From: Myxococcota bacterium
Lineage (GTDB): Bacteria > Myxococcota_A > SURF-8
DNA length: 64,000 nt
Assembly (NCBI GenBank): GCA_963674735.2
Contig: CAXXQS010000001.1
Span: 2,304,001 to 2,368,000 of the forward strand
Reading direction: 5' to 3'
The position numbers were made by a program, and so were the translations under genes. The notes beneath the pieces are model-generated. The model searched no databases. It had not been told where the DNA came from and was given only the letters and a program-made list of their open reading frames with translations. Positions 18,782 to 28,595 of this stretch are shown here, in pieces (position 1 is the stretch's first letter; every line of letters starts with the position of its first letter).

Positions 18782-19444
18782 ATGACATCTAAAAGCAATA
18801 TTTGGGTCGCTTCAATAGTTTGTTTTGTTATTACTTTGGCGATATATATTTCTTTGAATGGCTATCTAAATACAAAATACCCTAATGATAAATGGGCTAC
18901 GGCCATTCTTGAAATAGTGTCTTCGCTTGGTGTATATACCATAATTTTTCATCTGTACTTGTTTATCTACGAGAAGTACCTATTTGTAATGATTGATAAA
19001 AGATTTGACATGACAGGCGAGTGGTTTCAGGTATTTATCATTAAGAACCCCGCAGATGGGGTGGCATCAATTCGTCACGGTTATTGTTCGATTAAAGCTT
19101 CACCTAATGGAATAAATCTTTCGGCAGAGAATTATAGACCTGATGACACCTTTAGTTCAAACTGGCAGTCGGAAGTCACTACCATTATTAACAATCAACT
19201 ATATGTAATGTTTGTGTCACAGGGCAACAGGCCCACAAACCCAATAACAAGAGGAACAATGGTTTTTAATATTCATGGGTGTCCTCCAAATCGGCTAATT
19301 GGTACTTTTAATGATTCAACACCTGCAACCCATTCGGGAGAAATCCGTATATTTCGTGAGTATGATGAATATTGTCAATACTTAAATAGTTTTCAGGTCG
19401 ATGGGGTTCCAGATATACCTAGCAGGCTAGATCAAGGCGAATGA
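18782..19444 (+). CDS. 2TM + beta-strand-rich protein (S-2TMbeta/Cap15-like)
   Basis: GGAGG RBS; two N-terminal TM helices, then FDMTGEW and alternating beta strands ending LIGTFND...SGEIRIFR; AT-rich. Confidence 0.6.
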   Translation: MTSKSNIWVASIVCFVITLAIYISLNGYLNTKYPNDKWATAILEIVSSLGVYTIIFHLYLFIYEKYLFVMIDKRFDMTGEWFQVFIIKNPADGVASIRHGYCSIKASPNGINLSAENYRPDDTFSSNWQSEVTTIINNQLYVMFVSQGNRPTNPITRGTMVFNIHGCPPNRLIGTFNDSTPATHSGEIRIFREYDEYCQYLNSFQVDGVPDIPSRLDQGE

Positions 19445-19445
19445 T

Positions 19446-20027
19446 ATGTATTTTTTTGAATATGCAAAGAGTTTTCTCTACAGGATGCTATTGAAAAGAA
19501 AGCATACCTTTATAAATCCTACCGCAATAATACTTAATGTAAAAAAAATAGATATCGGTTCCAACGTGATAGTGGGCAGACATGCTTTTATTAGGGGAGG
19601 TCAAGATCCGTCAAGCCATCTTAAAATTGGTGATAATGTAGTAATTAGAATGAATACGTACTTAAGTTCCAGGCATGGGGATCTATCCATCGGTAAAAAC
19701 ACCTATTTTGCTCACTCCTGTTGGCTTGGAGGGCAAGGAACCACAACCATCGGAATGAACTGCTTGTTTGGTCCTAATGTTGTGTCAATCTCTTCCAACC
19801 ATGATTATAATAATATTTCAACTCCCTATCACAAAGGGGATGAACTTCCAGGTGTAATCACAATTGGGGATAATGTATGGATTGGAGCAAATGCAGTAAT
19901 ATTACCCAATGTAAAAATAGGAAATGGAGCAGTTATCGGTGCCGGATCTGTAGTAACCAGTGATGTACCAGCGAGAACTCTTTTTGTTGGTAACCCAGCT
20001 ATATTCCAGAAAAATCTACGTTCCTAA
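19446..20027 (+). CDS. Hexapeptide-repeat (left-handed beta-helix) O-acyltransferase
   Basis: IGSNVIVG, IGDNVVI, SSNH, ITIGDNVWIGANAVILPNVKIGNGAVIGAGSVVTSDVP...GNPA. Confidence 0.92.
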   Translation: MYFFEYAKSFLYRMLLKRKHTFINPTAIILNVKKIDIGSNVIVGRHAFIRGGQDPSSHLKIGDNVVIRMNTYLSSRHGDLSIGKNTYFAHSCWLGGQGTTTIGMNCLFGPNVVSISSNHDYNNISTPYHKGDELPGVITIGDNVWIGANAVILPNVKIGNGAVIGAGSVVTSDVPARTLFVGNPAIFQKNLRS

Positions 20028-20098
20028 TTGCAGTTTAATAGTCCTTGAGAGACCCGTTTTTTCAATGGGTAAAGGCTGTTAACTATATTATACGAAAT

Positions 20099-20179
20099 TC
20101 ACCCATCCAACCCCTTGACCGCATCCCGTTTGACCTCCGGGGCCAAGTGCATGTACCGCATTGTAGCCGGGTAGCGACG
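20099..20179 (-). pseudogene. Tyrosine integrase C-terminal remnant
   Basis: Manual translation RRYPATMRYMHLAPEVKRDAVKGLDG*, matching the catalytic-Tyr tail T.RY.HL.P.....AV..L; cut upstream by the repeat at 20180. Confidence 0.7.
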
Positions 20180-20256
20180 TGGAGCCCGTCGGAGACGCGC
20201 TCCAACACGATTTCATGAAATGAAATCGCATCGAAGGCTGCCTCGATACGCCGTTT
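20180..20256. repeat. REP-like module Z plus partial family B repeat
   Basis: TGGAGCCCGTCGGAGACGCGCTCCAAC is identical to 33760-33786; 20209-20256 matches 18324-18371 at 41/48 by manual alignment. Confidence 0.85.
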
Positions 20257-20341
20257 AACCGGATTCCCATTTGACAGACAGCCCCCAGGCGCTAAGATAG
20301 GGCCCGATTCCGATGTGGATTTCCGGAGGAAGAAAGCGATC

Positions 20342-21121
20342 ATGTCCAAACCGATCTATCGTCACTGCAGCCTGCGCTTCTTCGACCGCGATTGGGAGCA
20401 TCACCGCGCCGCCCAAGCCCCCCTGGAACTCGTCCTGCACGGCGATGAGTTGGATGCCTGGCGCACTAACGGCGCGCTGGAGGCCATTCGCCGTCTCAAA
20501 GCGGATTACAACCCGCCGCTGTCGCTGCACGGTCCGGTTTTCGGCTTCGATCCGGCCTCCCATGATAAAGGTCTGGCCGCCCTCACCGAGAAACGCGCCC
20601 TGCTGGCTCTGGAAGCCGCCGAGGAAATGCAGGCCGAGGTAATCGTTTTCCATTCCAGTTTCAATTACCTCGCCTACGGTTTCGAACGCGACTACTGGCG
20701 CGAAACCAGCAGCGCCTTCTATCTGCGCCTGCTGGAACAGCTCCCGCCCGAACGCCGGATCGTCGTCGAGAACATCCACGAAGTCGAACCGACCCCCCTG
20801 GCGTCTCTGGTACATGGGATCGACGATGCGCGCCTGGGCCACTGCTTCGATGTGGGTCATTTCAATATGTTCTGCAAAACCGTCGACATGGCCGACTGGC
20901 TGGCCGCCTTCGCCGGTCGCTTGGGCCACATCCATCTGCACGACAATCAGGGACGTGAAGACCTGCACCACCCGCCGGGGACGGGCACGATCGATTATAC
21001 GCCCCTGCTAAAAGTTCTCAAGACCGCCCCCGAACCTTGGTCGGTGACGGTGGAATGCAAGAATACCGCCGACAACGATCAGGCGGTAGCCTGGACGACA
21101 GAATACCTGCCCCTAGGCTAA
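20342..21121 (+). CDS. Sugar phosphate isomerase/epimerase (AP endonuclease 2 TIM barrel)
   Basis: SLHGP, IVVEN, CFDVGH, HIHLHDNQGREDLH, GTIDY, TVE. Confidence 0.88.
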   Translation: MSKPIYRHCSLRFFDRDWEHHRAAQAPLELVLHGDELDAWRTNGALEAIRRLKADYNPPLSLHGPVFGFDPASHDKGLAALTEKRALLALEAAEEMQAEVIVFHSSFNYLAYGFERDYWRETSSAFYLRLLEQLPPERRIVVENIHEVEPTPLASLVHGIDDARLGHCFDVGHFNMFCKTVDMADWLAAFAGRLGHIHLHDNQGREDLHHPPGTGTIDYTPLLKVLKTAPEPWSVTVECKNTADNDQAVAWTTEYLPLG

Positions 21122-21285
21122 GTCCGCCAGCCCCGCCAATCGCACCGGACAAACCCGCAGTGACACCCACAACTGACAAGCAGAGTTGACACTGCCTGCC
21201 TCAACAACGGCCTGGTTCTACGTTCGACAAGAATATTTACTAGTGATATCAAGGGATACTCGTCTTTACAGATATTCATCTAAAA

Positions 21286-21302
21286 TTGGCACGAACCCTG
21301 CT
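21286..21302 (+). promoter_or_regulatory. Sigma54 -24/-12 promoter
   Basis: TTGGCACGAACCCTGCT: GG-N10-GC with consensus TGGCACG; three TGACA repeats about 100-130 nt upstream. Confidence 0.75.
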
Positions 21303-21411
21303 TTGAACTAAGAGCATGTTGACGAGACAACAAATGAGTCAGGATGTATTGACAATGAAAACCGAACACCCTACAAACAAATTATATGTGAGTTGTGAAA
21401 GGAGGTCTGTG

Positions 21412-23532
21412 ATGACCCGTTCGATGTATTGGCTGTGTCTGCTGGCCATCCCCCTGATGCTGTTTGGCTGCTGGGAAGTCAGTCTGGGCGACAGCGATCC
21501 CGATAACACGGATCAAGATCCGAAATTGGAGAAATTCGACACCAGCGGCTGCAAAGGCTATGAGGAAGACGCCCCGGCGGCAAAGCTCAACGACTCCGAT
21601 TCGGCCTTGCCCAACCCCGAGGGCAACCCCATCCAGGCCATTGCGCATGATACGTCCATCACCATCATCCATCACAATGCGTACTACCAGTGCGGCGCGG
21701 AAATGAGCTTCAAGCTGACCGCCGATGGCCGGGATCTGAAGCTGAATGAGATCGATAACGCGAGCATGGTTACCGATTGCATGTGCTACATGGATCTGCA
21801 GACCGACATCACCGGTCTCGTCCCCCAAACCACCTATCACGTGGAAGTGTGGGATGAATTCGGCGACATCCTGTTCGGCGAAGTGGACGTCACCGTCGGC
21901 GAGTGCGACGACACATGCGTCTTCGACCGCGATTGCCGGGATCTCGATTTACCGCATCCCGAATGCGGAGGCGACTGGGCCTGCATGGAAGGCAGCTGCG
22001 AATGGATCTGCGACAGCGACCCCATCGCTTGTTCCAGCGACTACGACTGCCCCGCCGACTACGAGTGTGTGTGGTACGATCAGGCCCAGCCGAGCACACC
22101 CGACGAAAACGGTGCGGATATGCCGGCGATGATGTGCGAAGTGGATTCGGATTGCCCGGAAGGCCAGCAATGCGCCCTGGTCGACTGCGCCGAGGGCTAC
22201 GACTGTGAACCCTACGGCGTCTGCATGGGAGACGATCCCTGGTACGGCGAAGGCATATGCGAACCGCGACAAGTCGAGTGTTACACCGATGAGGACTGCT
22301 ACGAATACGATTGGATGCCCGGTCCTTGCCTGGGCGGCACTTACGTAGCCTGTGAAAACAACCAATGCGTCTTCGATTGCTTCGATGAGGAATGCCGCAG
22401 CGATTACGATTGCCCGAACGGCTCCCACTGCGAGTTCTACGACGTTTATCCCGATGAACCGGGCTACCCCGAAGGTGGCGGCGAAACCGGCATTCCACTC
22501 GAATGCGCTTCGGACGCCGATTGCCCCGAAGGTCTGTGGTGCGAATTGATGGACTGCGGTCCCAACGAAGACTGCTATCCCTACGGCATGTGCGTGGGCG
22601 GCGATCCGTGGCCGACCGAAGGCGTGTGTGTGCCCGACAGCCAACCGGAGTGCTGGGAGGATGCGGATTGCCCCAGCGGCTATCATTGTGAATACAGCGA
22701 TATACCCGTGCCGGGCGACGATGGAACCACGGATCCCACCGCGGATGAAGCTCCCGATATGCCACCGCCCTACGGCATCTGCGTCGCCGATGACCCGTCC
22801 TTCATCTGCTGGGATCTGGGAGGCGAATGCTTCCCGCTGACCGCCGACGGCGCCATGTGTCCGCCGGGATGGCAACTGGCCGATATGCTCTATGGCGTGG
22901 AACCGCTATGCGGAGTCGGCGGTGCATGCTGCATGCCGATCGAAATGGAATGCGACAGCAACGCCGATTGCGCCTATGGCGAAGTGTGTGTAAACGGGTT
23001 GTGCCAGGGTTCCTGCAACTGCGACGATGTCTACGAACCGGTTTGCGGCTACGACGGTCGAACCTACCCCAACGCCTGCGAAGCCGCCTGCGACGGCGTT
23101 CGAATCCTGCACCACGGCGCGTGCGCTGAAGGCTGCGTCTGCCCGGAATACTTCGCCCCCGTCTGCGGCACGAATGGCAAGACCTACGACAACGAATGCT
23201 TCGCCGAATGCGATAATGTGGCGATTCTTCACCAAGGTTTCTGCGACGATCCGCAGTACGAATGCAGCAGTGATCTCGATTGCCCGAATGGCTTCATCTG
23301 CGACCCCTGCCCGCCCTATCCGGGCTGCCCCGAATGCGACGCCTGCGGTCCGGCCGTCTGTGTCCCGGGAAATGATCCCAGCTGCGAGGATTTCGGCGGC
23401 TTCTGCATCGGCCTTTACCCCGGTTCTCAATGCCCCGACGGCTACACGGTGCCGCAGGTGACGGTGGTCCTGTGCGGCGACGGCGGCATGTGCTGCGCCC
23501 CGATCACGGAGGATGGCGAACTTCCCGATTAA
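21412..23532 (+). CDS. Cys-rich acidic lipoprotein with two Kazal-type domains
   Basis: AAGGAGG RBS; lipobox LFGC; C..D.DCP.G..C repeats; PVCGYDGRTYPNAC and PVCGTNGKTYDNEC. Confidence 0.85.
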   Translation: MTRSMYWLCLLAIPLMLFGCWEVSLGDSDPDNTDQDPKLEKFDTSGCKGYEEDAPAAKLNDSDSALPNPEGNPIQAIAHDTSITIIHHNAYYQCGAEMSFKLTADGRDLKLNEIDNASMVTDCMCYMDLQTDITGLVPQTTYHVEVWDEFGDILFGEVDVTVGECDDTCVFDRDCRDLDLPHPECGGDWACMEGSCEWICDSDPIACSSDYDCPADYECVWYDQAQPSTPDENGADMPAMMCEVDSDCPEGQQCALVDCAEGYDCEPYGVCMGDDPWYGEGICEPRQVECYTDEDCYEYDWMPGPCLGGTYVACENNQCVFDCFDEECRSDYDCPNGSHCEFYDVYPDEPGYPEGGGETGIPLECASDADCPEGLWCELMDCGPNEDCYPYGMCVGGDPWPTEGVCVPDSQPECWEDADCPSGYHCEYSDIPVPGDDGTTDPTADEAPDMPPPYGICVADDPSFICWDLGGECFPLTADGAMCPPGWQLADMLYGVEPLCGVGGACCMPIEMECDSNADCAYGEVCVNGLCQGSCNCDDVYEPVCGYDGRTYPNACEAACDGVRILHHGACAEGCVCPEYFAPVCGTNGKTYDNECFAECDNVAILHQGFCDDPQYECSSDLDCPNGFICDPCPPYPGCPECDACGPAVCVPGNDPSCEDFGGFCIGLYPGSQCPDGYTVPQVTVVLCGDGGMCCAPITEDGELPD

Positions 23533-23573
23533 GGTTGGTAACACGTAACCCCTAAACCTCTTCCTCTTCTCTT

Positions 23574-23605
23574 AACACCCCGCCCTTTGGCGGGGTGTTT
23601 TGTTT
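23574..23605 (+). terminator. Rho-independent terminator
   Basis: AACACCCCGCC-CTTT-GGCGGGGTGTT plus T-rich tail. Confidence 0.85.
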
Positions 23606-23823
23606 GCAGCTAAAACCCAAGACCGGAAGTATTCCTATATGATTTTTCTCATTTAATGAAAGAGAGAATCTGTTAAGTTGAAGAGGTGGCGGATACACCT
23701 CCTCGATTGACAACACGCCACGGTAAGATAAACACCTTGATCGGCAACACTACCATGCAGCGCCCCGCCATTCGGTGGGGCGTTCGTGTGTCATCTAGCT
23801 ATCTCAAAATAATGAAAAGAATT

Positions 23824-26142
23824 TCAGTAAAGGCACATCGTGTTGTAGCAGATCTGAATTCTCGCTTCGGGAGGCGGCAACACCGATTGGTCGAAAATGA
23901 TGGAGTTCGACACCGCGTCGTATTGCCAATCCATGACCATGGTGCCGTTGACAAAAACCGACATCGTGTTCGGATCGGCCAGTCGCGACAGGAAATACTG
24001 GCTTCTCGATGCGAAGAGGTAGCTGATGAAGTTATCGAAAAACGCATCGTAACTCGATTCACAGATCGAATAGAAGTGAACCTCGTTTCGCTGGTTACAG
24101 GCATCCGCCACACCGATCAATCGAGACGCTGCCGATGCGGACGTGCCGCCACTCCCGCCTTCGCAGCCGTTTGGAAGATCGCCCGCCAGCGCGTAGACCT
24201 CCAGCATATGGAGATTATGCATCCCCTTGATACTGCGAAAGAAATCGATGTAGAAGTCACTGGTTGCCATCGATTGGTCGTCTTCGTCCGACACGAACAC
24301 GATCATCAATTTGGCATCGTCACGCAAAAATCCCGTATTTGAACCGCTGAGAAGCGGCTCGCTGAGGGCCCGATAGGCGGCATCCAGCGGCGCTTCCTGC
24401 TCACCTTCGCAGGTCGCCCCCAAATCATCGATGCGATTGTTAAAGGCTTGAATCAGCTGTTCGTCGGTCAACGCGTCGGGACCATCGGTGGCCAGAACCG
24501 CCGGTGTCCCAAGAAGATGTCCGCTATGTGCGGGATTTTCCACGTCACAGGAGGTCACGCCGATATGGAAATCGCCGTCGTCTTCGGTCAGATTCTCGAT
24601 GAAATCCGCGAACGCCTCCACCAGCCGCTCGCGTTCCTCCGTCATCGATCCCGAACAATCCACCACAAACAGCACATCCGCCATCGGCTCGGACAAGGTG
24701 CGATATTCGTCGCAAACCGAAAATCTTTCAACACCTTTCGCCTTTACCGTGGCGGAGTATTGCCCCTGTCCGTCGCCTAAACCGATCACGACTTGCCCCC
24801 AGTGCTCTCCAAGCGTCGACGGACAATGGCGCAATGAAAACGAGAAGTGATCGGGATTGTCGCCGCCGATATCGACAGGCAAAGAAGGCAAATCAGACAG
24901 CTCGAATTGTTGGGACTCGGTTCCCGTAACCTCGATCGATTGTACCGTCACCGGTAAATTGCCGGTGTTGTAGAAGGATATCTGTTTGGGGCGAGTGCAA
25001 CATTGCACCGTCACATCGACGAAATCGAGGTTCGATGGCAGAAGCTCAATCCCATAACCGCCCCCTGAACCATAAAGCCCCACAATCGCCGAACCATCGA
25101 TTGAAAACGGAATATCGTCCGTCTGCCAACTCGACAACTGGGCGTTGGATGCGATATGCAAGGCAGCGGCGTAGGCCACCCCCTCGTCGCTCGGAGAGAA
25201 CGTTACATCGAGGATCAGCTGCTCATTGCGTTCCAGGGTATAGTCGCCCATCGTACCGGGAGCGGACGTAAATACGCTGCCTGTCTGAAGTGGAAGAACG
25301 TAAAACAGGCCGGCATCCATGATTTCCAGGTTCAAAGGATCATCCCCGCAATTGGAAATGAGAATTTCACGGCTTTCCGCAGTTCCGGCCTTGATGGTAC
25401 CGAAGTTGAGACCCGGCCCCGGCTGCACACCCATGACTCCCATCAAACCATCCTGCGGCTCAACACCCAGGCAAGGCGGAAGATGCTCGCGCGTACGCAA
25501 AACAAGGTCCATCCGGCTTTCGCGCTGATAGGCGTCTCCATCGTTCCACGCAATATCGATGCGACCCACCAGATTCTGATTCAATCCGTGTACGCCTTCG
25601 ATTGCACCTCCGCTCACCGAAACGGAGACGGATTCATTTTCACCTAACTTCAACGGAAGCTGATCGATCGGAGCGTTTGCCCATTTAAAGGCTCCGTCGG
25701 CATCATTGGAAAGCGTAATCGAAGTGATGAATAAATCGGCCCCCCCCTGATTCTTTAAGACAAACGACTTCGTTTCCACAACATCCAGCGGCAGGGATCC
25801 GAAACTCAAAACCGCAGGGTCCAGCAGCAGAGACGGCAGGCACTTGTCGCACTCATCTGAATCGCCGTCGGGCAACGTATCGCCGTCGGGCAACGTATCG
25901 CCATCGGGCAACAAGGTATCGCCATCGGGCAACAAGGTATCGCCATCGGTTTCATCGCCATCGGGAGCGTCGCCATCGGAAGCATCGCCGTCGGGAGCGT
26001 CGCCGTCGGGTTCGTCGCCGTCGGGTTCGTCGCCGTCGGGTTCGTCGCCGTCAGCGAAGCCACTTTCGATCATCGACGTGCAGGATAGCCCCATGCATGC
26101 CAACACAAGCAGGACAGTCAGAATGATCGATCCATTTCTCAT
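23824..26142 (-). CDS. Lipoprotein with DGD repeats, Ig-like (ASH/choice-of-anchor D-like) domains and VWA domain
   Basis: Lipobox GLSC; PDGD repeats; LSFG...LKNQGGADL.I repeats; MIDAS motif DVLFVVDCSGSM and FVSDEDDQS. Confidence 0.85.
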   Translation of the reverse strand: MRNGSIILTVLLVLACMGLSCTSMIESGFADGDEPDGDEPDGDEPDGDAPDGDASDGDAPDGDETDGDTLLPDGDTLLPDGDTLPDGDTLPDGDSDECDKCLPSLLLDPAVLSFGSLPLDVVETKSFVLKNQGGADLFITSITLSNDADGAFKWANAPIDQLPLKLGENESVSVSVSGGAIEGVHGLNQNLVGRIDIAWNDGDAYQRESRMDLVLRTREHLPPCLGVEPQDGLMGVMGVQPGPGLNFGTIKAGTAESREILISNCGDDPLNLEIMDAGLFYVLPLQTGSVFTSAPGTMGDYTLERNEQLILDVTFSPSDEGVAYAAALHIASNAQLSSWQTDDIPFSIDGSAIVGLYGSGGGYGIELLPSNLDFVDVTVQCCTRPKQISFYNTGNLPVTVQSIEVTGTESQQFELSDLPSLPVDIGGDNPDHFSFSLRHCPSTLGEHWGQVVIGLGDGQGQYSATVKAKGVERFSVCDEYRTLSEPMADVLFVVDCSGSMTEERERLVEAFADFIENLTEDDGDFHIGVTSCDVENPAHSGHLLGTPAVLATDGPDALTDEQLIQAFNNRIDDLGATCEGEQEAPLDAAYRALSEPLLSGSNTGFLRDDAKLMIVFVSDEDDQSMATSDFYIDFFRSIKGMHNLHMLEVYALAGDLPNGCEGGSGGTSASAASRLIGVADACNQRNEVHFYSICESSYDAFFDNFISYLFASRSQYFLSRLADPNTMSVFVNGTMVMDWQYDAVSNSIIFDQSVLPPPEARIQICYNTMCLY

Positions 26143-26309
26143 TACTCATTCTCCCATGGATTCGAACTGCGCCATCTGCGACAATCCCTTGAACCACACA
26201 TGTTAAATTCAGAATAAGGATAAGTTGCCTGAAATCACGTTTTCTTGCAAGTATTTTAGGAGAGTCTCGGAGTAAATTAAAGCCATTTCCGTTGGAAAAC
26301 GATACCAGC

Positions 26310-28595
26310 TTACTTTTTCTGCGGAGGCTCGGATTCGCCGTCCAGAGCTTCGCGCAAGGTGCGGGTGAGGCTTTTCAAACTAATCGGTTTGGCCACCCAC
26401 GAGATCGCACCTTCATCGATCAATTTCTTCATATGCTTACGTTGATTCGCCCCTGAAAACAGGATCGCTTTAACTTGTGGATTCAACGACTTAAGCAACT
26501 GAAACACCTTCGCGCCATCCATTTGCGGCATCCCGTAATCGATCATGACCAAGTTGATATCGTTTTGGAACATGGTATACAGCTTGAGTCCTTCTTCTCC
26601 GCCGGAAGCAACCAGCACCCGGTAGCCGAAGCGTGAAAGGCTGGTGAGCATCAGGTTTCGAATCACTTCCTCATCATCGATAATCAACACGGTCTCGGTT
26701 CCATGAACGGGGCCGCCGGGAACTTCCTCGATTCCCTCTGGCTCCGGCTCTTTTTCCACCTTCTCAGGCAAATAGACGGCCACCGTCGATCCGGCCTCCG
26801 GGTCCGACAGCACGAGCACCCGACCGCCCATTGTTCGAACGATGGCCTGCACCACCGAAAGTTTGAGATCGACCGGCTCGCCGTCGTGATGACCGCTGAA
26901 GTAGGGATTCAGTAGGAACTTCAGGCTCTCGGGATCGATCCCCCGACCGGTATCGGAGAGAAAAACGACCGCATAGCGCCCGGGTTCCAGTCCCTCAACA
27001 TGCAGATCGCTGCCTTCTTCCACCACGACGCGATCGGTTCTCAACGTCACCTGGCCATCGGTCATAGACTCATTGGCGTTAAGCCCCAGATTGACGATCA
27101 GCTGCTGCACCTGGGCCGGATCTCCCTGCACCATGATCTTTTTCGACGACACCCGCTGAACGAGCTGGATTTCCTTCTTGAAAGAATGACGCAGCAGTTT
27201 ACCGGCATAACGCGCAATGGTGCTGATATCGAACGGCTCGTTGAGCTTGGGTTTACGACGCGAAAACTGCAGCAATTGCTGAGTCAAGTCGGCCGCCCGC
27301 GAACAGGTTTCCTCAATCACATCGGCGTATTGAATCACCTGCTCGTTATCTTCTTCAACGGCGGCAATCAGGTTGGCGTAGCCCATGATGCCGGAGAGCA
27401 GGTTATTGAAATCGTGCGCGATTCCGCCTGCCAGGTTGCCGACGGCTTCCATGCGCTGCGCATTCATAAGATCTTCCTGAATGCGCTTTTGCTCGGTCAC
27501 GTCCATGGCCAGTTCCACGGTCAGATCCTGAAGCTGGTGAGCGCCTTCGATCTGTAAGTGGCTGAATGTATACTGACGATTGCGCCACTCCGCTTCAACC
27601 GGCCACGAGGCATCGGATTCGAGCAACTGTTTTTCGATATCCACCAAAGGTTGGTTGAGCGGGTCTTTCTCGGTCGCTTCTTTTACCGTGTGTCCGACCA
27701 ACTGGCCGAAAGCCTCTTTTGCTACAGCATTCTGATACGTTATCCGGCCGCTTTTCATCTTCACCGTAATGCCGATCGGCAGGCGATTCAGGATATGACT
27801 GTTGAAATTCTGGAGAAACGCGATTTCCTCTTCGCGATCCCGGATATGGCTGACATCCTGGATAACCAATGCGAGATTCGGTCCATCATGCAACTGGATT
27901 TCGGTCTGACGAATGGCAACATACAGCAGGCGACCGGTGCGGGTGATATGTGCCTCATGGCCGACATCGCTGGCTCGCCCGATCAGTTCTTCCGTTCTAT
28001 GCGTATCTCGTGGAGCCATTTCCGCCGGCACACGCAGATCGTCTAAATGCATTTCTCGGAATTCCTCGGAGGAATAACCGTAAGTATCACGCGCTTTCTT
28101 GTTTTCCTGACGAATCAACCCGGTTGCGGGGTCCACAATCAGAATCATGTCGTTTGATATCTTGAACAAAGCACGCAGAATCCATTCCCGTTCTCGATGG
28201 CGCTGAATCCTGAGCGTGGATGACATGGCACATTGCGAGATATGGGGAAGCACAATCTCCATATGTTCATCATCGGGAATATTTCCCAAAGCTCCGATAT
28301 CCAACAAGGTCTTCATCTGCGGGCTGGTTGTTTTCTCTGCAACCGCGATAAAAGGGACCCGCGAAGAGATCGCGGTCCAGGCGGCGAGGTTCTCTTCGAA
28401 AGACCGCTCGGCCAAGTGGAAATTGACTAGCACCACATCCGGCATCCGGGCTGCAATCTGTTTATGACCGGTGAGCATACTCTTCGCCCACCATGATTTC
28501 GACTGGGGAAAAGCCTGTTCGAGGATTTTGCGCATACGCCGCACCCGCGCGGAATTATCATCGATAATCAGAATATGTTGGATCGGATCGGACAT
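26310..28595 (-). CDS. Hybrid sensor kinase (REC-PAS-HisKA-HATPase-REC)
   Basis: GGIAHDFNNLL H-box; NLGLNA N-box; SDTGRGI G1; C-terminal REC (IIDDE, MIDYGMP, KP). Confidence 0.9.
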   Translation of the reverse strand: MSDPIQHILIIDDNSARVRRMRKILEQAFPQSKSWWAKSMLTGHKQIAARMPDVVLVNFHLAERSFEENLAAWTAISSRVPFIAVAEKTTSPQMKTLLDIGALGNIPDDEHMEIVLPHISQCAMSSTLRIQRHREREWILRALFKISNDMILIVDPATGLIRQENKKARDTYGYSSEEFREMHLDDLRVPAEMAPRDTHRTEELIGRASDVGHEAHITRTGRLLYVAIRQTEIQLHDGPNLALVIQDVSHIRDREEEIAFLQNFNSHILNRLPIGITVKMKSGRITYQNAVAKEAFGQLVGHTVKEATEKDPLNQPLVDIEKQLLESDASWPVEAEWRNRQYTFSHLQIEGAHQLQDLTVELAMDVTEQKRIQEDLMNAQRMEAVGNLAGGIAHDFNNLLSGIMGYANLIAAVEEDNEQVIQYADVIEETCSRAADLTQQLLQFSRRKPKLNEPFDISTIARYAGKLLRHSFKKEIQLVQRVSSKKIMVQGDPAQVQQLIVNLGLNANESMTDGQVTLRTDRVVVEEGSDLHVEGLEPGRYAVVFLSDTGRGIDPESLKFLLNPYFSGHHDGEPVDLKLSVVQAIVRTMGGRVLVLSDPEAGSTVAVYLPEKVEKEPEPEGIEEVPGGPVHGTETVLIIDDEEVIRNLMLTSLSRFGYRVLVASGGEEGLKLYTMFQNDINLVMIDYGMPQMDGAKVFQLLKSLNPQVKAILFSGANQRKHMKKLIDEGAISWVAKPISLKSLTRTLREALDGESEPPQKK

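Noticed and set aside
18324-20256. 48-bp imperfect direct repeat as target-site duplication or attL/attR
   Set aside because: The same motif occurs at 31507 and 46580, so it is a dispersed repeat family. A role as recombination endpoint remains possible.
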